A stretch of DNA of 63,846 nucleotides, filler included, from Choristocarpus tenellus KU-1152 (GCA_964200185.2; 12 parts of 12 records of this genome joined end to end with filler, not necessarily neighbours in it), one strand, 5' to 3'; shown: positions 12,401 to 25,595, numbered from the whole stretch's first letter. Made by a program: numbers and translations. Notes: a model not told the origin generated them from the sequence alone.

Positions 12401-15110
12401 ATCAACTACCATCTCATCCTCAAGTTCGTGCCATATTAAACTTTCCCATCAGATTATGACCTTGTACTGAGCATTGTTGTCGTTCATGGGCTTTTCTACG
12501 ACCAGTGAAATGCGATCAAACCTCTCCTCTCTTACCCCACATTGCATGTCGTGGGTGACATCATCGACAAGGACGACGAGGAAGCTGGCTACGTCAACCA
12601 CCCGCGACAGATGTACTCCTTGGTATCTGGAGCCCTGCCGGTTTCCCTTGTCCGGAGTCCTCCCCATCGTTCAATGCCCAGTTCAGTCGTTTCGCAGGAG
12701 ATGGTCACTACCTGGCATTTGGGACTGAGGTTTGTGCTGTAACCTGTGAAACATTGCCAGTCTCCTCTGCCTGTTGTCCAACATAGTCCTCACGGTTTTG
12801 TATTCCAACACCTGTGGCAGAAGGAATAGAATATATTCTAGGAGAAGAACGCTGACTACTGTGTAGGTGTGATTGACTCCAGAAATAAGGCCTTAGGGAT
12901 CGATGCGATGTTTAAGAACATGAAGAATTGGAGTTCAGTCTTAGGCTAATTTGCAAGCTCACCTTATGGCCCGTCAACCTCGTCAGCTACTGCTGTGAAG
13001 CATGAACTACAAGAATTTTAATTTCGGTGACCACCCCACACTGATCACCTTTTCGAGAAAATCAACCATCACACATTTAGTATTATAACCTTCAATGAAG
13101 ATTTCACCGATCCCTTCCACCCCTCCACCTGAAATATCTGAAGCTTGTCCTAGTGTTTCCTCCACGGATGAGCCATAGGAAGCGTTTCAGAGCAATATAT
13201 ATATATATATATATAGCACACCTTGTTTATTTGCTCACCATTGCACTTGCAGGCATGGTAGTTTCTGATCTCTGCAAGTCAACAGGTATTAAGGTTTGCA
13301 TGTAAGTACCAGCTTTCCAGTTCAGGCAATCAAGATTTTCCTTTGTAAACTGCACCCACTGTTGCAGCCCCCTGTGATACATCTAGACCTGTTCCTCTCT
13401 TGGTCTTAGGAAGAAGTCTGCTATTGAAGATAGGTCTTGGAGTAACCCTGAAAATGTTTCTTATCAGTAGAGAGTCGAGTTTTCTGAACTTGAGGTGGCC
13501 TTGAACAAGCTGCGATCAATTCTGGTGCTGACAGGAAAGTTGAAGTCGATGTTAATTGTGGAGGGACCGGTGTACCCAACTTTGTTGTTGGCCCAGGAGG
13601 TCTTGAATGTTTTGTTCAGGATCAATTTGAAGAGCTCTCTGGGAAATACAATATACATTCTCCACTTCTTCATTTGCACCAAACATCTTCATGGTCTTCT
13701 GATATCGCACCAAAGGAAGAGGTGTCTCTACATATTTAAATTTGAATTGTTGGGGGGTATCATGGCGGTGGCGTGTGTGTGTGTGTATGCTGGATTCCAT
13801 GTTCTGATCAGCCTCGTTTGCTTGTTAAAATGCAATTAGAATGCTCTTCGTTGATTTGTCAGGGCGGCTTCACAGATCTAGGTGTCACCTGAATAATCCT
13901 TGGCATCTACATTTACTAAGATCGCAGAGCACTCACAGGGATCTACAAATATCTCTTTGTGGCTTCGGTTTGTAATGCTATAGAGTGTAAGGTTTTCCAC
14001 TTGTAGCTAAGGCATTTTTCAATGGAATGTTGGACACATTGCACTTGGTGGCCTCTCGCCCAAGAGGTCACAACACCACAAGCCTTGTGAGTCCCCTGCT
14101 CTCCATCCTCTGCATTTTGAGCATACGTGAAAAAAAAAGTTGAGTTTGAACTTCTCTTGTTTGTGGCAGAAGTGTCGCTTTTCTCAAAGGGATTTTGCAC
14201 TTTGCTGGATCTATTTGTTGCAGAGGTTCATTTCTTTTTTTTTGTTTCGCTGATATCAGCCAATGAAAGAGTTCTGTTGCAGCGGGGGGGGGGGTTTATT
14301 AGAGCATTAAAAATTTTTTAAACAGCCACGTTGCCAGTTTTCGACCGTTAGTTTAAAAGTATCAAATAATGTAGAAACTACTCTTTAGCTGACTTTTCGG
14401 AAACTTTTTTTAAGTATTGAAATTGCAGAAACTAAAACGTTTAAATTGTTCTTGATATTATCAAGGATTTCTTCTAGATCTTTAGCATCATCTTCTGAAA
14501 TTAATAATTATTATTTTTTGTTCCGCCTCTTTTTCGCTGCTAGAAGCTTTTTTCATAAAGTCCACTAATTAAGCAATAATTTTAAAGGTAATCTCACTAG
14601 TGTACTGGTGCTAGTTGATCCTGTGCTTTGTGAGCAGGTGAAGGAGGCTTGGGTTAGGGAGAGGGTTAGGGTTAGGGCATATCACGTGCACTCTGGAGGA
14701 TAATACCGGGTCTGCCGATGTGAGTAGCTGTTGATGGAGGTAGAATGTCTCAGGTGGACGCAAACTTGCTTGGGGAACTCGTCTCAGGATACATCCTACC
14801 AGACTGTGGTACGTCAACATGTTGAGTTTCTGAATCGGGCGAAAGCTCAGCACCTCACAGGCGAAGGATGCACCCGGACTAAAAATAAAAAGACAAGCCG
14901 TCAACAGGGTCAGGAGAATACCGCACTCAATTTTACTAGTTACGTTGAAAATTGCTCCTTCCCCCTCCCCTGGGCATACCCGCCCGCCGCCTACTTGGAA
15001 GGTGATAACAGTACTTACACTTACACCACTTGCAAATGCATGCCCTGTCTCCTCCTTTGTCAATTTTTGGATGCGCCCCGCCCTCTGTTTGCCCCTCTCT
15101 CACTCCACAG

Positions 15111-15445
15111 CTGGGCACGTTGACCATCCTGGACACAAGGGTGGAGGCGACCTCTGCGATCCAAGACCCCGGTGCTCTGATTGGTGAACCGAGGATGGTG
15201 GATGTGGGGGNNNNNNNNNGTGTGCTGTGGTCTTCGGAGGTCCGGTGGGGGGTTGGGGGGGTTAGGGGGTGGGGGTGGGGGGGGGGGAAGGAGAGTCGGG
15301 GCGACGGTCGAGCTCGGTGGTGGCAGAGTGGAGAGCTCTAATGAACTGTGTGTTTGACCTGGAGTGGCTGCATGGGGACCGACAGATCGGACTGGCGGGT
15401 GGGGACAACACGTGCCGCCTTCAAGACACGGAAACCCAGACTGAG
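15111..15445 (+). CDS. WD40-repeat protein, CDT2/DTL (denticleless)-like N-terminal blades, partial (exons 15111-15183, 15291-15445)
   Basis: Exons join in phase 1 to give LGTLTILDTRVEATSAIQDPGALIGESGRRSSSVVAEWRALMNCVFDLEWLHGDRQIGLAGGDNTCRLQDTETQTE. This resembles the CDT2 pattern W-x-A-H-x-N-A-V-F-D-L-x-W...SGD-x-T-x-R-L-W-D. The ORF at 14731-15001 may be an upstream exon. Confidence 0.65.
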
Positions 15446-15650
15446 GTGTGAACTTCCAAGTATTTTCGATGTGATGGGGGATGGGGATGGGGTTGGGTTG
15501 TTGGGGGGGGATTGGGGGAGGGGCAGAGATAGAGGGAGGCGTTTGTGCGTNNNNNNNNNNNNNNNNNNNNNNNNNNNNNNNNNNNNNNNNNNNNTTAATT
15601 AATTAANNNNNNNNNNNNNNNNNNNNNNNNNNNNNNNNNNNNNNNNNNNN

Positions 15651-15710
15651 TTGACCCAAATGGACACCCTGGTGTAGATCCCCCCCCCTCCCCCCCAGAT
15701 ACTTTGGGTC
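15651..15710 (-). mobile_element. MITE family B terminal fragment at contig start
   Basis: Sequence ccaaatggacaccctggtgtagatcccc...cccagatactttgggtc. Confidence 0.85.
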
Positions 15711-15912
15711 AACCCTACGTCATCTACTGACAAGTTCATCCTAACCCATGAATTTATGTTGAATAATTTGTGTTTTGTAATTTTGTAAAGAAATTGACGA
15801 GGTAAAAAAAATGCTGGGGGGCCCAACTTCCCAGACTAGTTTATTTCATCATTGCGTTATCGCCCTGTCCTAAATTCCCTTCTATTTCACCTTTGCCCTC
15901 TGTTGACTGCAG

Positions 15913-17359
15913 CCAACGATAACGAAAAGCAGGTGTGGTGGGCGCCAAGCATGCATGGACTCAAGAAGAAGGGAAACGGCCAAGACATCATGGTATCAGG
16001 GACCATAGTTGCTGATCTCAGACTTTTCTCTGCAACCATGGAGCAGGTCCAGCGAGCAGAGAAATACCGACAGGAGCGGGGTGCACCATGTCGGCTGAGG
16101 AATGTGCCTCTTCAACAGAAAAATCCGCCAAACAGGAAGAATTCCGCCCGTCGACATGCTCTACAAAGGATGAAGAGGGGACCACCTGGTCATTCTACCT
16201 CTTTGAGATTGGAACGAACAAGGAGGGATACTAGAACGCTCCCAAGATGCTGGATCACACGGCAGACATCATTGAGTTGGTGAACGTTATCTATCCCAAC
16301 CACATCATGGTGTGCATTTTTGACTGGTCCTCCTGCCACAATTGGCAAGAAGAAGGCGCGCTGTCGGTGGCAAAGACGAACGTTGGCTTCGGAGGCCAAA
16401 GGGGTACGGAAGATATGGCCGCTATGGATGCGGTCATGCTGAAGGAGGACACACATCTCAAAGCAGGGACTTTGCAGCACCTGGTTTTTCAACCCGATGA
16501 TGACCTGCCGTTCTATGCCCCACATCTCACCAAAGAAGACTATGTAGGAAAGGTTAAGGGGATGCGACAAATTTTGTGGGAAAGGGGGCTGTTAGAACCC
16601 GGAATGATAAAGGACGGGGGTAAGGGAAAGAAACATTACCCAAGTAAAAGCATGTTGCATATGCTTGGAGAGCAGAGGGACTTCAACAAGGTAGTTCCTA
16701 GTCTTCAGGTTCTTGTCGAGCGGTACGGAGGGGTATCCCTATAGCTCCCAAAGTCTCACTGTGAGCTCAACCCCATTAAGCTCGTATGGGGTCAAGCAAA
16801 GCACTGGCTATAACGGCATTGTACCTATTCTTTGGACGGACTCCGAAAAGATGTTCCTTTGAGCTTGAGACCAGTTGAGGATAGGCAGGCTGTTTGGCTC
16901 ATCCAGAAGTAGTGCAAGAAGGCGTACACACACCATCTTGTCTACGTCAAGACAGCTGCCACTAGACCCGAAGCCTACAAGGAGTACAAGAGGTACAAGT
17001 CCCTTAGGCACCCAGCACATTCGGAATTCCTGGTGGCAGATGAGACAAGAGTTACATTTACATTTAGCATTCATTCTCTAGGTTGTTCGCTTTGCTGGCG
17101 TTTCGGGTTAGGGCTAACCAGGTATACTTTAATCAAGTAATAGTACATCTGTTCCCACTCTTTGTGACCTACAATCCAGGATTCGAACGCCAATATGAGC
17201 GCTCTTTCTTTACAAAAAAAATCGAAAAAAAAACACGAAGCTCTACTCTGGAGGGCCTTGTGACAGGCATCACGAATATGCAATTATTTTTTAAATCCGA
17301 AGTCTACATCAAAAGTTATGACGGGACAACCCCAGAGGCATAAGCTATTGGTTCCACTA
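15913..17359 (+). pseudogene. IS630/Tc1/mariner-type transposase pseudogene (C-terminal half) with 3' end of the element
   Basis: Motifs ANDNEKQVW, KKKGNGQDIMVSG, GTNKEGY, CIFDWSSCH, KGMRQILWERGL, LPKSHCELNPIKLVWGQAK and YKRYKSLR. It carries several stops, a frameshift, and K at the catalytic E position. The 3' region (about 17175-17359) matches the reverse complement of 37896-38090. Confidence 0.85.
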
Positions 17360-17388
17360 GATGCATGATAGGACCTAATGACATATTT

Positions 17389-17649
17389 GAGACAAAGGTA
17401 TCTTAGAGGGTAGAACCGCGTCCATTTGGGGGTCAAAACCCAATTTTGCAAATTTTGATGTAATCTTGGCTATCATGTTTGTTAGGAGATGTCAATATCC
17501 TTGTTCCAGACACTCCTTTTCATAACGTATACATTTTACCTACTCTGAAACATTTTGGAGAGGATAAAATGTAATTAAAAACCCGTGGCGACCCAAGCCC
17601 CAAATGAACAAACAGGAAGAAACTCGTACCCTCTAAGATACTTTCCCTG
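17389..17649 (-). mobile_element. MITE family A copy
   Basis: Runs gagacaaaggtatcttagagggtag...taccctctaagatactttccctg. Flanks attt/gttt. Confidence 0.9.
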
Positions 17650-17981
17650 GTTTGTCATTGTGCTTGGACAACAATGACCTCCAATATCTTTTGTGTCGAC
17701 TAACGTATGAAAAATCCGAAAAACGGACACCTTTCGCACCTTTCTGTTTCCATTACTTGCCCACATTTAATATGCTCTACCTTAGCATGACAAAAAACAG
17801 TATGACAAGACAACCCTTTCCACACTTTCCGGAATCAAAAAGGCTTCCTTCGCTCCACAATAACTTCTCATCGTTGGTCTGTTATACTGAACAATACCAC
17901 TACATTGTACTAAAAGATATGACGCATCAATAATGTGTATCGCCTCTCTATGAGTGGACCTCTAGAGCTCTACTACTACAA

Positions 17982-18156
17982 GACCCAAAGTATCTGTGCG
18001 GGGGGGGGTCTACACCAGAGTGTCGTGGGTCAAAACCAGGAAACGTTCACTTACATTATCCATCCAACGTATGCAACCAAATCACACAAAAACTGCGACA
18101 TGAGAAAATTGCCCCCAAATGGACAGCTGCCACCCTCCCCCCAGATACTTTAAGCC
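17982..18156 (+). mobile_element. MITE family B copy
   Basis: Runs gacccaaagtatctg...cccagatactttaagcc with terminal inverted repeats around AAAGTATCTG. No clear TSD. Confidence 0.88.
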
Positions 18157-18855
18157 ACTTCTAGAATTTATATCAATTGGGAGTAGTACATCAAAGGGGT
18201 ATAACATATGATAATCAGAGTTTACCTAGTTGTACTTACTGTGAGGGGGGATCCGACATGTAGTTTGACCTACTACATAAGTTACTTGCATTATGACTAT
18301 AGTTGGAATAGTAGTAGCTAACACCGTGGAAATCTGTGGTGTACCGATTTCAGACATCTCCCCTTCTCTTACCTATTTTCCTACCATTTTATACCAACAC
18401 TATTCAGTCGATGGTTGGCCCAGGATGTAGCTTGTGTCATGTTGTCTGGCAGGGTTCTGACTGATTGTGATACCAACATTAAATCAGAATCCTCTGCTTA
18501 AACTACTTGAAATGTCAAGGTTATGCACAGAATGATACACTGCTACATTGGAAATTTCTTTTTAGTGTGCTGTCTCCTTCTGCGGAGAGACAGCCCCCAG
18601 TGCCCCTCTTGTTCCTCCTTGCTGGTGCTGTTTGAGCACCATGGTTGCCACCTGGCAAAGTTTCCCCTCCTCTTCCCCCCCCAGTAGAGCTCCCCCATAT
18701 TACTCAAGAACTCAGCCCCCACCCTAGTCCCATTCTTGGTGCTGCTGGAGGACCANNNNNNNNNNNNNNNNNNNNNNNNNNNNNNNNNNNNNNNNNNNNT
18801 TAATTAATTAANNNNNNNNNNNNNNNNNNNNNNNNNNNNNNNNNNNNNNNNNNNN

Positions 18856-18894
18856 AACAGGGCAAAACTCGTACCCTCTAAGATACTTTCACTC
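18856..18894 (-). mobile_element. MITE family A terminal fragment at contig start
   Basis: Sequence aacagggcaaaactcgtaccctctaagatactttcactc. Confidence 0.85.
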
Positions 18895-19216
18895 AGACTT
18901 CGGCGTGGAGAGGTGGGTTTGATGAAAATACACAGTGTTATTTGTACCCGATATATTTTTCCCCCTGCTTGATGATTGAACAGTAGTCCTATCTCAGAAC
19001 AATATAATCCGACCGTACTCGCCACGTTCAGTTTGCAGTTACCACGCCTAGGTGTCTGATGTACAAAGTTAGAGATCCCTTCAGCGTGGAGTTATGTGCT
19101 ACATATATGTGTATGTACATGTGTGATATGTTTATTTCTGCTTCAACAATATCATCTCATCCGGCTGTCCCTGCACTGCTGCTGAAGTTACCACGCATAA
19201 ATACCTACAGAATTAG

Positions 19217-22211
19217 AGATGCGTTGCTGGCATACGATTCCTCTACGATTCCATCCCCCGTCCCTTATATCCACTTCCAACACAACTCCCATCCATATAT
19301 ACATACGTGCGCTACTACAACAGGAACGGCACGAACAAAGAGAAGGACATGGCTCCGAAGCGAGACCTGGTGATGTCCTGGATAGACTACTGGGCGGATA
19401 CATACGGGCAGTTCATGCCTCACAAGACCGCAATTGTGATCTACGCCGCGAGCAAAGCGGTAGGTTTTGCCCTTTGTTGTGGAGAGGTTGGCCACACCCT
19501 GCGTTGGAGTTAGTTGCAAACCGTGTGACTCAGCAGTACCTAAAAGAAGTGGATCGAAGGAGTATTTGGAGTGGTGGTTGCATATTACTTTGACTCGTCG
19601 GAAATTATGGTTAAAACAAATGTGAAGCTTCGTACGAAGTACTATTTTTTTGTGTTTTATGTCGAGACTACTATGATGATGATGATACTCTTCGTCGATT
19701 TTACGGAGGAAGGCACAGCAACTGTTATTTCACCCCTGTGTACACCTACTCTGCGGCCCCGGGCCCGGTCTGACCTTGGTAGTAAAAGTGTGTACCTTCG
19801 TATGTCTCAAGCGCTTCGAGATTATGATGATGATGATGATGGTAGATTCGCCTCATTTACTGTTTCTGCAAACGGCGGCAAGGCCCGAACAGAATGACGC
19901 TCATGGCAAATTTACGAAGATAATTGTATTTGCTCTTTCATTACGCACAATGTAAGCTTACTTGATCCTGCCTTCCGTGTTGTCAGTCAAGTTATTGGTC
20001 AGCCCGCCTTTGAGAGATCATGCAGCGGTGTTCTTCGAGTGTTCCTTCTCAATAACTCCTCACTTGCCCACACAACCAACAGTATTAATTAGGAGCTATA
20101 CAAGGATTTTTGCAAAGAGGCAATACGGGTGTATCCTGACGACACTTCCAAGCGGGTAAGCAAGGCGCACTTCCTCCGATTGCTCAGAGAGGACAGGCCC
20201 AACATCAGGGTGAGGGTAGGAGGCGAATTTGTTAAATGTGACATATGTGTCACCTTAAAAGAGAAGCGGCACGGTGCCCCCGGTGTAAAACCCATGAACG
20301 ACTCCACCGTCCTCGAGTCCATCGACAAGGAGCTGTCAGACCATCGAAAGGTAGGTGTCCAGCACTAATTTTGCGACAACCGTACTGTGGCAACATGTCG
20401 CCGTCATTGCCCTCCATTGCGAACAACATCTGTAGCCTTTTGCGAATGAAGACTCCGATGCAGGTGCTATGGCAGCAGCAGCAGTCTCACTCAGCGCAAA
20501 ACTGTTGCTATTAGTTGCCCAAACACCTTGTGTGATAGACTGTTTCCTGGTCGTCTACAACGGGCTGTGGGAAGGACAGGACATGTTGCGGTATTCCGGC
20601 CCCGTATGTACATACTTGCTCCTGTCCCAATAATACTGTCTTTGCCTTGAACGCAGCAGTAAAAAACAGGAGCAAAGACAAACATTTATTGTTACCTACA
20701 CTCGATTTTTGTCACGTACCTGGTACATGTAAACAAGTGGCCATTTTATTACACCTCTAAGCAGATTTATTTGATTTACAGACGTGATGTTGCTCTCCCC
20801 CGTTCACCAGATTATCCAAGCGGATCGGCTGGTTATCGCCAACAACACCAGTAGCGCTATGCGGGCCAAAGCCAACGGCAAACCTCTCAGCTTCGTGTTC
20901 ATGTCTGTAGACGCGGCGAACCAGACATCTCACACTCTCCCAGTACTTTACCCACCTACCCATGGCGGTGACAGGTAACCACACGCACGCACGCATAGTC
21001 CATTTGTCGACAAGTTTGCAGCCGCACGCAGAACAGAATAGACCACCCTGTTTTATTCAACGAATGAGTGCAAAGCCCTAAGAAATAACCGCCAAAACAG
21101 ATGCACATAATTCCACTACCTATTCCGTTCATCATGATGACGATGCACCATAACACCTTTCTTTACACGTTTTTTTGGTTCATGTCCTTGTTGTCAGGGG
21201 CTACTCCGAGTGCCAGAAGATCATGGCCGCACACGGCGGCCATTTCGCGAAGGTGATCTTCACTCCTATCAATCTTGGAGGAGGTACGTTTTGTAGGTTG
21301 TGGCTCAACAATCACACGACCGAATAGATGCTGGTTGCGCACGCACCACTTGATTTACCGTCATGGTGAGGGGACGCGCCACAGGCTACATATACCCGAG
21401 GACATGTACATCCTTGCACGATTTGCCTACAGATACCGCAGGCCTAGTGAACAATCGATTAACTGATGATGCGCTGTGCTCCCCTGCCCTCGTACGCCTC
21501 AGCTTCGGAAGGGCGAGAGGAGCGTAAGAACTAATCAAGGAGGAGGAAAACCCACAGACATGTATATCAGCCATTCAGGTGTATGTGCTCTACATCGCAA
21601 AAACACATTCCATTACCCCTCTTTTTAGCTCCAAGTAAACAATGCGTAAGTAAGCAGAGTACATTTTGCCAACTAACGACAGACATCATCATCCGTGCAG
21701 GTTGTAACCTTGTCTGCACAGCCACCCACCTTGCCCTCACAAGGCGTATCGACAAGTACCACAACAGCCTCGATCACGCGGGGGGTTGCAACATCCAGCA
21801 CGTGCATTGGCAGGTAAGAAAGTTTCATCTTGACACGACCTACTCAACACAGCCTTGCTGAATACCAGTCACCAAGTAACTAACTGAACGGTGTTTAGTT
21901 TTGGTTTGTACCTTGCAACCTGCATGTATGATGGTGGTGATGTAGAGGTTGCGCTCTAGCACTACTGGAAACATGCCCTGTTCCTCCACGAAACGTGGTG
22001 AAATGGGAGGACATATCGGCCTCGCGCCTATCCCTCCCTCGCTCCCAACTCCCCAAACTGGCCAGGTCGACAACTGCGTCTCAGAGAACAAGAACTATTT
22101 CTTTCTCAGATATGCGGGGCTGTTGGTCGCGGCAAGTGTCATTCGTGTGGTCGAGATACATTTTATGATAGTGGGGCACACGCACATCAAGATCGATCAG
22201 ATCTTCTCCAG
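19217..22211 (+). CDS. Sola-type DDD transposase, intron-containing, partial (exons ~19217-19459, 20093-20350, 20811-20974, 21198-21283, 21701-21813, 22066-22211)
   Basis: Six exons with GT-AG introns join in compatible phases (0,0,2,1,0) with no stop. Motifs in order: GQFMPH; SKAHFLRLL...EFVKCDIC; VFMSVDAANQ (D1); GGGCNLVC; WQVDNCVSENKN (D2); FMIVGHTHIKIDQIFS (D3). DNC-x-x-(E/Q)NKN and GHT...D are Sola transposase hallmarks. The first exon's start is approximate. Confidence 0.85.
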
Positions 22212-22393
22212 GTAATTAGGCAAGATATATAAATGCGATAGCCACATGGTGTTTTTACACGGACAGATACTGCCTTGAGGCTTGCAGTTCATGCTTGTTG
22301 CGTCTCTGGGAGGTTTGTGGTCATAAACTCCAATTGATTGATTGACTTTTGATTTCCCCAAAACAAAATAGCACGAGAAGAGCAGCTGACAAA

Positions 22394-22651
22394 GAGCCAA
22401 AGTATCTTAGAGGGTAGAGTCGCGTCCATTTGGCGGTCAAAATCCAATGTTGCAATTTGATGTAATTTTAGATAACGTGTTTGTTAGCAAGTGTCAATAT
22501 CCATGTTTCGGACACACCTTTTCACAACGTATACATTTTACCAACTACAAAATATTTGGGAGTAGGAAAATGTCATAAAAAAACCCATGGGAAGCCAAGC
22601 TCCAAATGGATAAACAGGGCAAATCTCGTACCCTCTAAGATACTTTCACTC
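22394..22651 (-). mobile_element. MITE family A copy
   Basis: Runs gagccaaagtatcttagagggtag...taccctctaagatactttcactc. Flanks caaa/aaaa. Confidence 0.93.
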
Positions 22652-22713
22652 AAAACTGTGTTGTATAACATGACCTAGTCTCGAAACAAAACATTAAAAA
22701 AATTGTACTCATC

Positions 22714-22969
22714 GAGTGAAACTATCTTAGAGGGTACGAATTTTTCCCTGTTTGTCCATTTGTGGGGCTTGGCTTCCCATCGGTTTTTTTATGACATTTT
22801 CCGACTCCAAAATGTTTCGGAGTAGGTAAAATGTATACGTTATGAAAGGTGTGTCTGAAACATAATGACACTTCCGAATAAACACGATAGCCAAAATTAC
22901 ATCAAAATCACAACATTGTATTTTGACCCCCAAATGGACGCGGCTCTACCCTCAAAGATACTTTGGCTC
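22714..22969 (+). mobile_element. MITE family A copy with CATC target-site duplication
   Basis: Runs gagtgaaactatcttagagggtacg...taccctcaaagatactttggctc, with catc at 22710-22713 and 22970-22973. Confidence 0.95.
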
Positions 22970-23030
22970 CATCACCCCTATTTAAATTTATACTTCCATA
23001 TGCATGCATCAGAGCATGTGCCTGCATATA

Positions 23031-23097
23031 GAGTGAAAGTATCTTAGAGGGTACGAGTTTTGCCCTGTTTGTCCATTTAGGGCTTGGCTTCCCACAG
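23031..23097 (+). mobile_element. MITE family A copy truncated by contig end
   Basis: Sequence gagtgaaagtatcttagagggtacgagttttgccctgtttgtccatttagggcttggcttcccacag. Confidence 0.9.
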
Positions 23098-23268
23098 NNN
23101 NNNNNNNNNNNNNNNNNNNNNNNNNNNNNNNNNNNNNNNNNTTAATTAATTAANNNNNNNNNNNNNNNNNNNNNNNNNNNNNNNNNNNNNNNNNNNNTTT
23201 TGTTTTTTTTTTTTTTTTTTTCTCCACGCGCCCCCCCCCCCCCCCTCCCCCCCCCGCCCGCCCCGGCG

Positions 23269-23329
<61 letters not shown>

Positions 23330-24098
23330 GAATAGGAAAGGGACACATACTTGTACAGAAGGGGGTCTCACCTAGAGGGAGTGTGGCGGTGATACATAGC
23401 TAGCATCTCCCAAAAGAGCTTAGCTGCTGGCTCAGACCATTGCAAGATCCGCCAACCCTCTGCTATCCATGTCGTGTAGCTGCAAGCGAACCAGAACAAG
23501 CAAGCAACAAGGAGAGCATTTTGTAGAGATGATGGGAAGGCGTTGAATAAAAAAAAAACGTCTGCAACCCTGTTATTCCACTATGCACCTTGGAAAGCTC
23601 AACTCTGGATTGTGCTGAAGTAACAAATTGGATTTTATCTTCTATTGCTGTGTGTGTATGTGTAGGAAGGGGGGGGGGGGGTGTTGAGGAAGATGTTACT
23701 TGAGCATGGAAATTGCCTCATGGTGCAGGTGGGTTAGGGAGCACCGTCGAACATACATACATCTCAATATTTTCGAGGAAATCAAAAGCTACTTCAAAGG
23801 AGCTGGCAGTCACCCGTACCAGACATTAGTAACCAATGCTCTATGGAGAGATTTGAGTACGGCGCAAGGAACAGCCGATCATATTGCAGCATGTGCTTAT
23901 GTACTATTGAAGATAATGGCACCACAACATTCTTAGCACTGATTTGACATGGCACAGTAAATCTTAGGGCTAGGGTACTCCTGTGAACCCTGACCCATGT
24001 CTACATTGCTCCGACAGAACCAGAAGTATCTCCAACAGTTTCCTTCGCATGCTGGAGGCAGGGCTCAGTTTTTTTATAAACAAGAGATCAAGTATGTC

Positions 24099-24136
<38 letters not shown>

Positions 24137-25595
24137 TGCGTGCGTGTGCATGTGTGAGTCTCTTACCAAACGGTTGTGGGATTCGCCTCCCGAAGTGCAG
24201 TCACAAGGGAAAACACAGCTGTGCCTCCAATACCGTCTGCTCAGGTACCATGACAGTCACAGTTGAAGTCCGGGATGACACCCCATCGCACAAGGCGAGG
24301 ATTCACATGAGCAAAAGAGGAAAGCTTCGGCAAGTCAGAGGAGAAAAGTGACCTAAACCACTCAGAGAGTTACTTGTAATAAGGAAGAGAAATGGTGCCA
24401 ATGGAACAAGTTTTGGAGATTTCAGTTCGAGACAGACTGATTCTAAAACTTGAGACTGGAGATGCATCACTGGGGCTCCTGCTCACCACAGCAGGGTACA
24501 ACTGCTACAATCGTTGAGCTCATGCGACAAATTCAGACCTACGGCATCAAAACGCTACGAGTAGACGTTTGTGTTGTAGTGGAGTCAAGGACTCTCAGGC
24601 AGGGTCTTGCGTTTGTTTTTACGTTTGGGAAGAAAACACTTATGTTTTGCGATAACCGCTTCTGCATCCCTTGTTCCCATATGTCACCCTTACCTGGTGA
24701 GGAATGTGGACCAGGCGAAAGGGCCACACCCGAGGACTTGATCGGAAGGACTCCGTCAAAGACTTCATTTTTGAGCCAGAGCCTTGCCATACCGATTTTT
24801 CCAGCCAGATGCAGAAATCCACCCCCTCCCTACAATATTTTAGCACAGCCAAGGGAAGAATATGAAATGTCTTCCTCTTGAGACCGACTACTGTTCTCCT
24901 TGATGTAAAGAAAGGAATTCACTGCCAGGGGGAGGGGGACAATAGGAGGTCTATTGTGTGCTCTTTGGGCAGGAGTATGGGTAGCGGAACTTCTCGTGTG
25001 ATGCAAGTCATATGCATGATCATTTAAGGGCTTGCCATGAGGAGGTCCGTGCAGTGTTGGTCTACCTTGTAGGGTGTGTTTGAACGATATCAGAGTTTTT
25101 GAACGAAGGTCGGGGACGAGACTAGGCGAGGTTTGCAAGAGAGCTTCGTTCGCCGCCGAAGAAAGGAGCATACAGGACAGTAAATACAGCATTGAGAAAG
25201 GGCTTGCGAAGGCGAGCGGAAGAGAATGGTGGTTCGACCCCTTTCCATCTGCACCAATCCATCTTTCGAACACCTCATCACGGGATTGCTAGAGTTCGGG
25301 ACTTGCTGGGATCGCGATTCTCGAATCGCCCTTGACTAATCAGCGCGATAACTCTCGCTACAATGCGGAGCATCTCACATCTAACAACTCATCAGCGGTA
25401 CCAATTGATGCCATTGACAACAAACACAACACCCTCCACATTGAAAAAAAATCGATACAGTACACATACCTTGCACTACCACAGCCGCTATCCTATTTCA
25501 CAAGCAGCGCAGAGAGAAATTCTATGTCTGAACGATTCTCCTCTTTCTTCTGTCATTGACATGAACGCATAAAAGGCACATGCGTGCGGTTAGTA

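Noticed and set aside
18856-23097. MITE ends at both contig ends as the TIRs of the Sola transposase element
   Set aside because: Both belong to elements extending away from the transposase, so they do not enclose it.
23198-23328. Poly-Pro/poly-Gly ORFs here and at 63161-63510
   Set aside because: They are translations of G/C homopolymers in low-quality sequence near gaps.
24165-24352. Possible minus-strand exon with a single in-frame TGA (CDCHGT*ADG), read as selenocysteine or recoding
   Set aside because: No recognisable protein family or SECIS, neighbouring putative exons also contain stops, and other genes here use TGA as stop.
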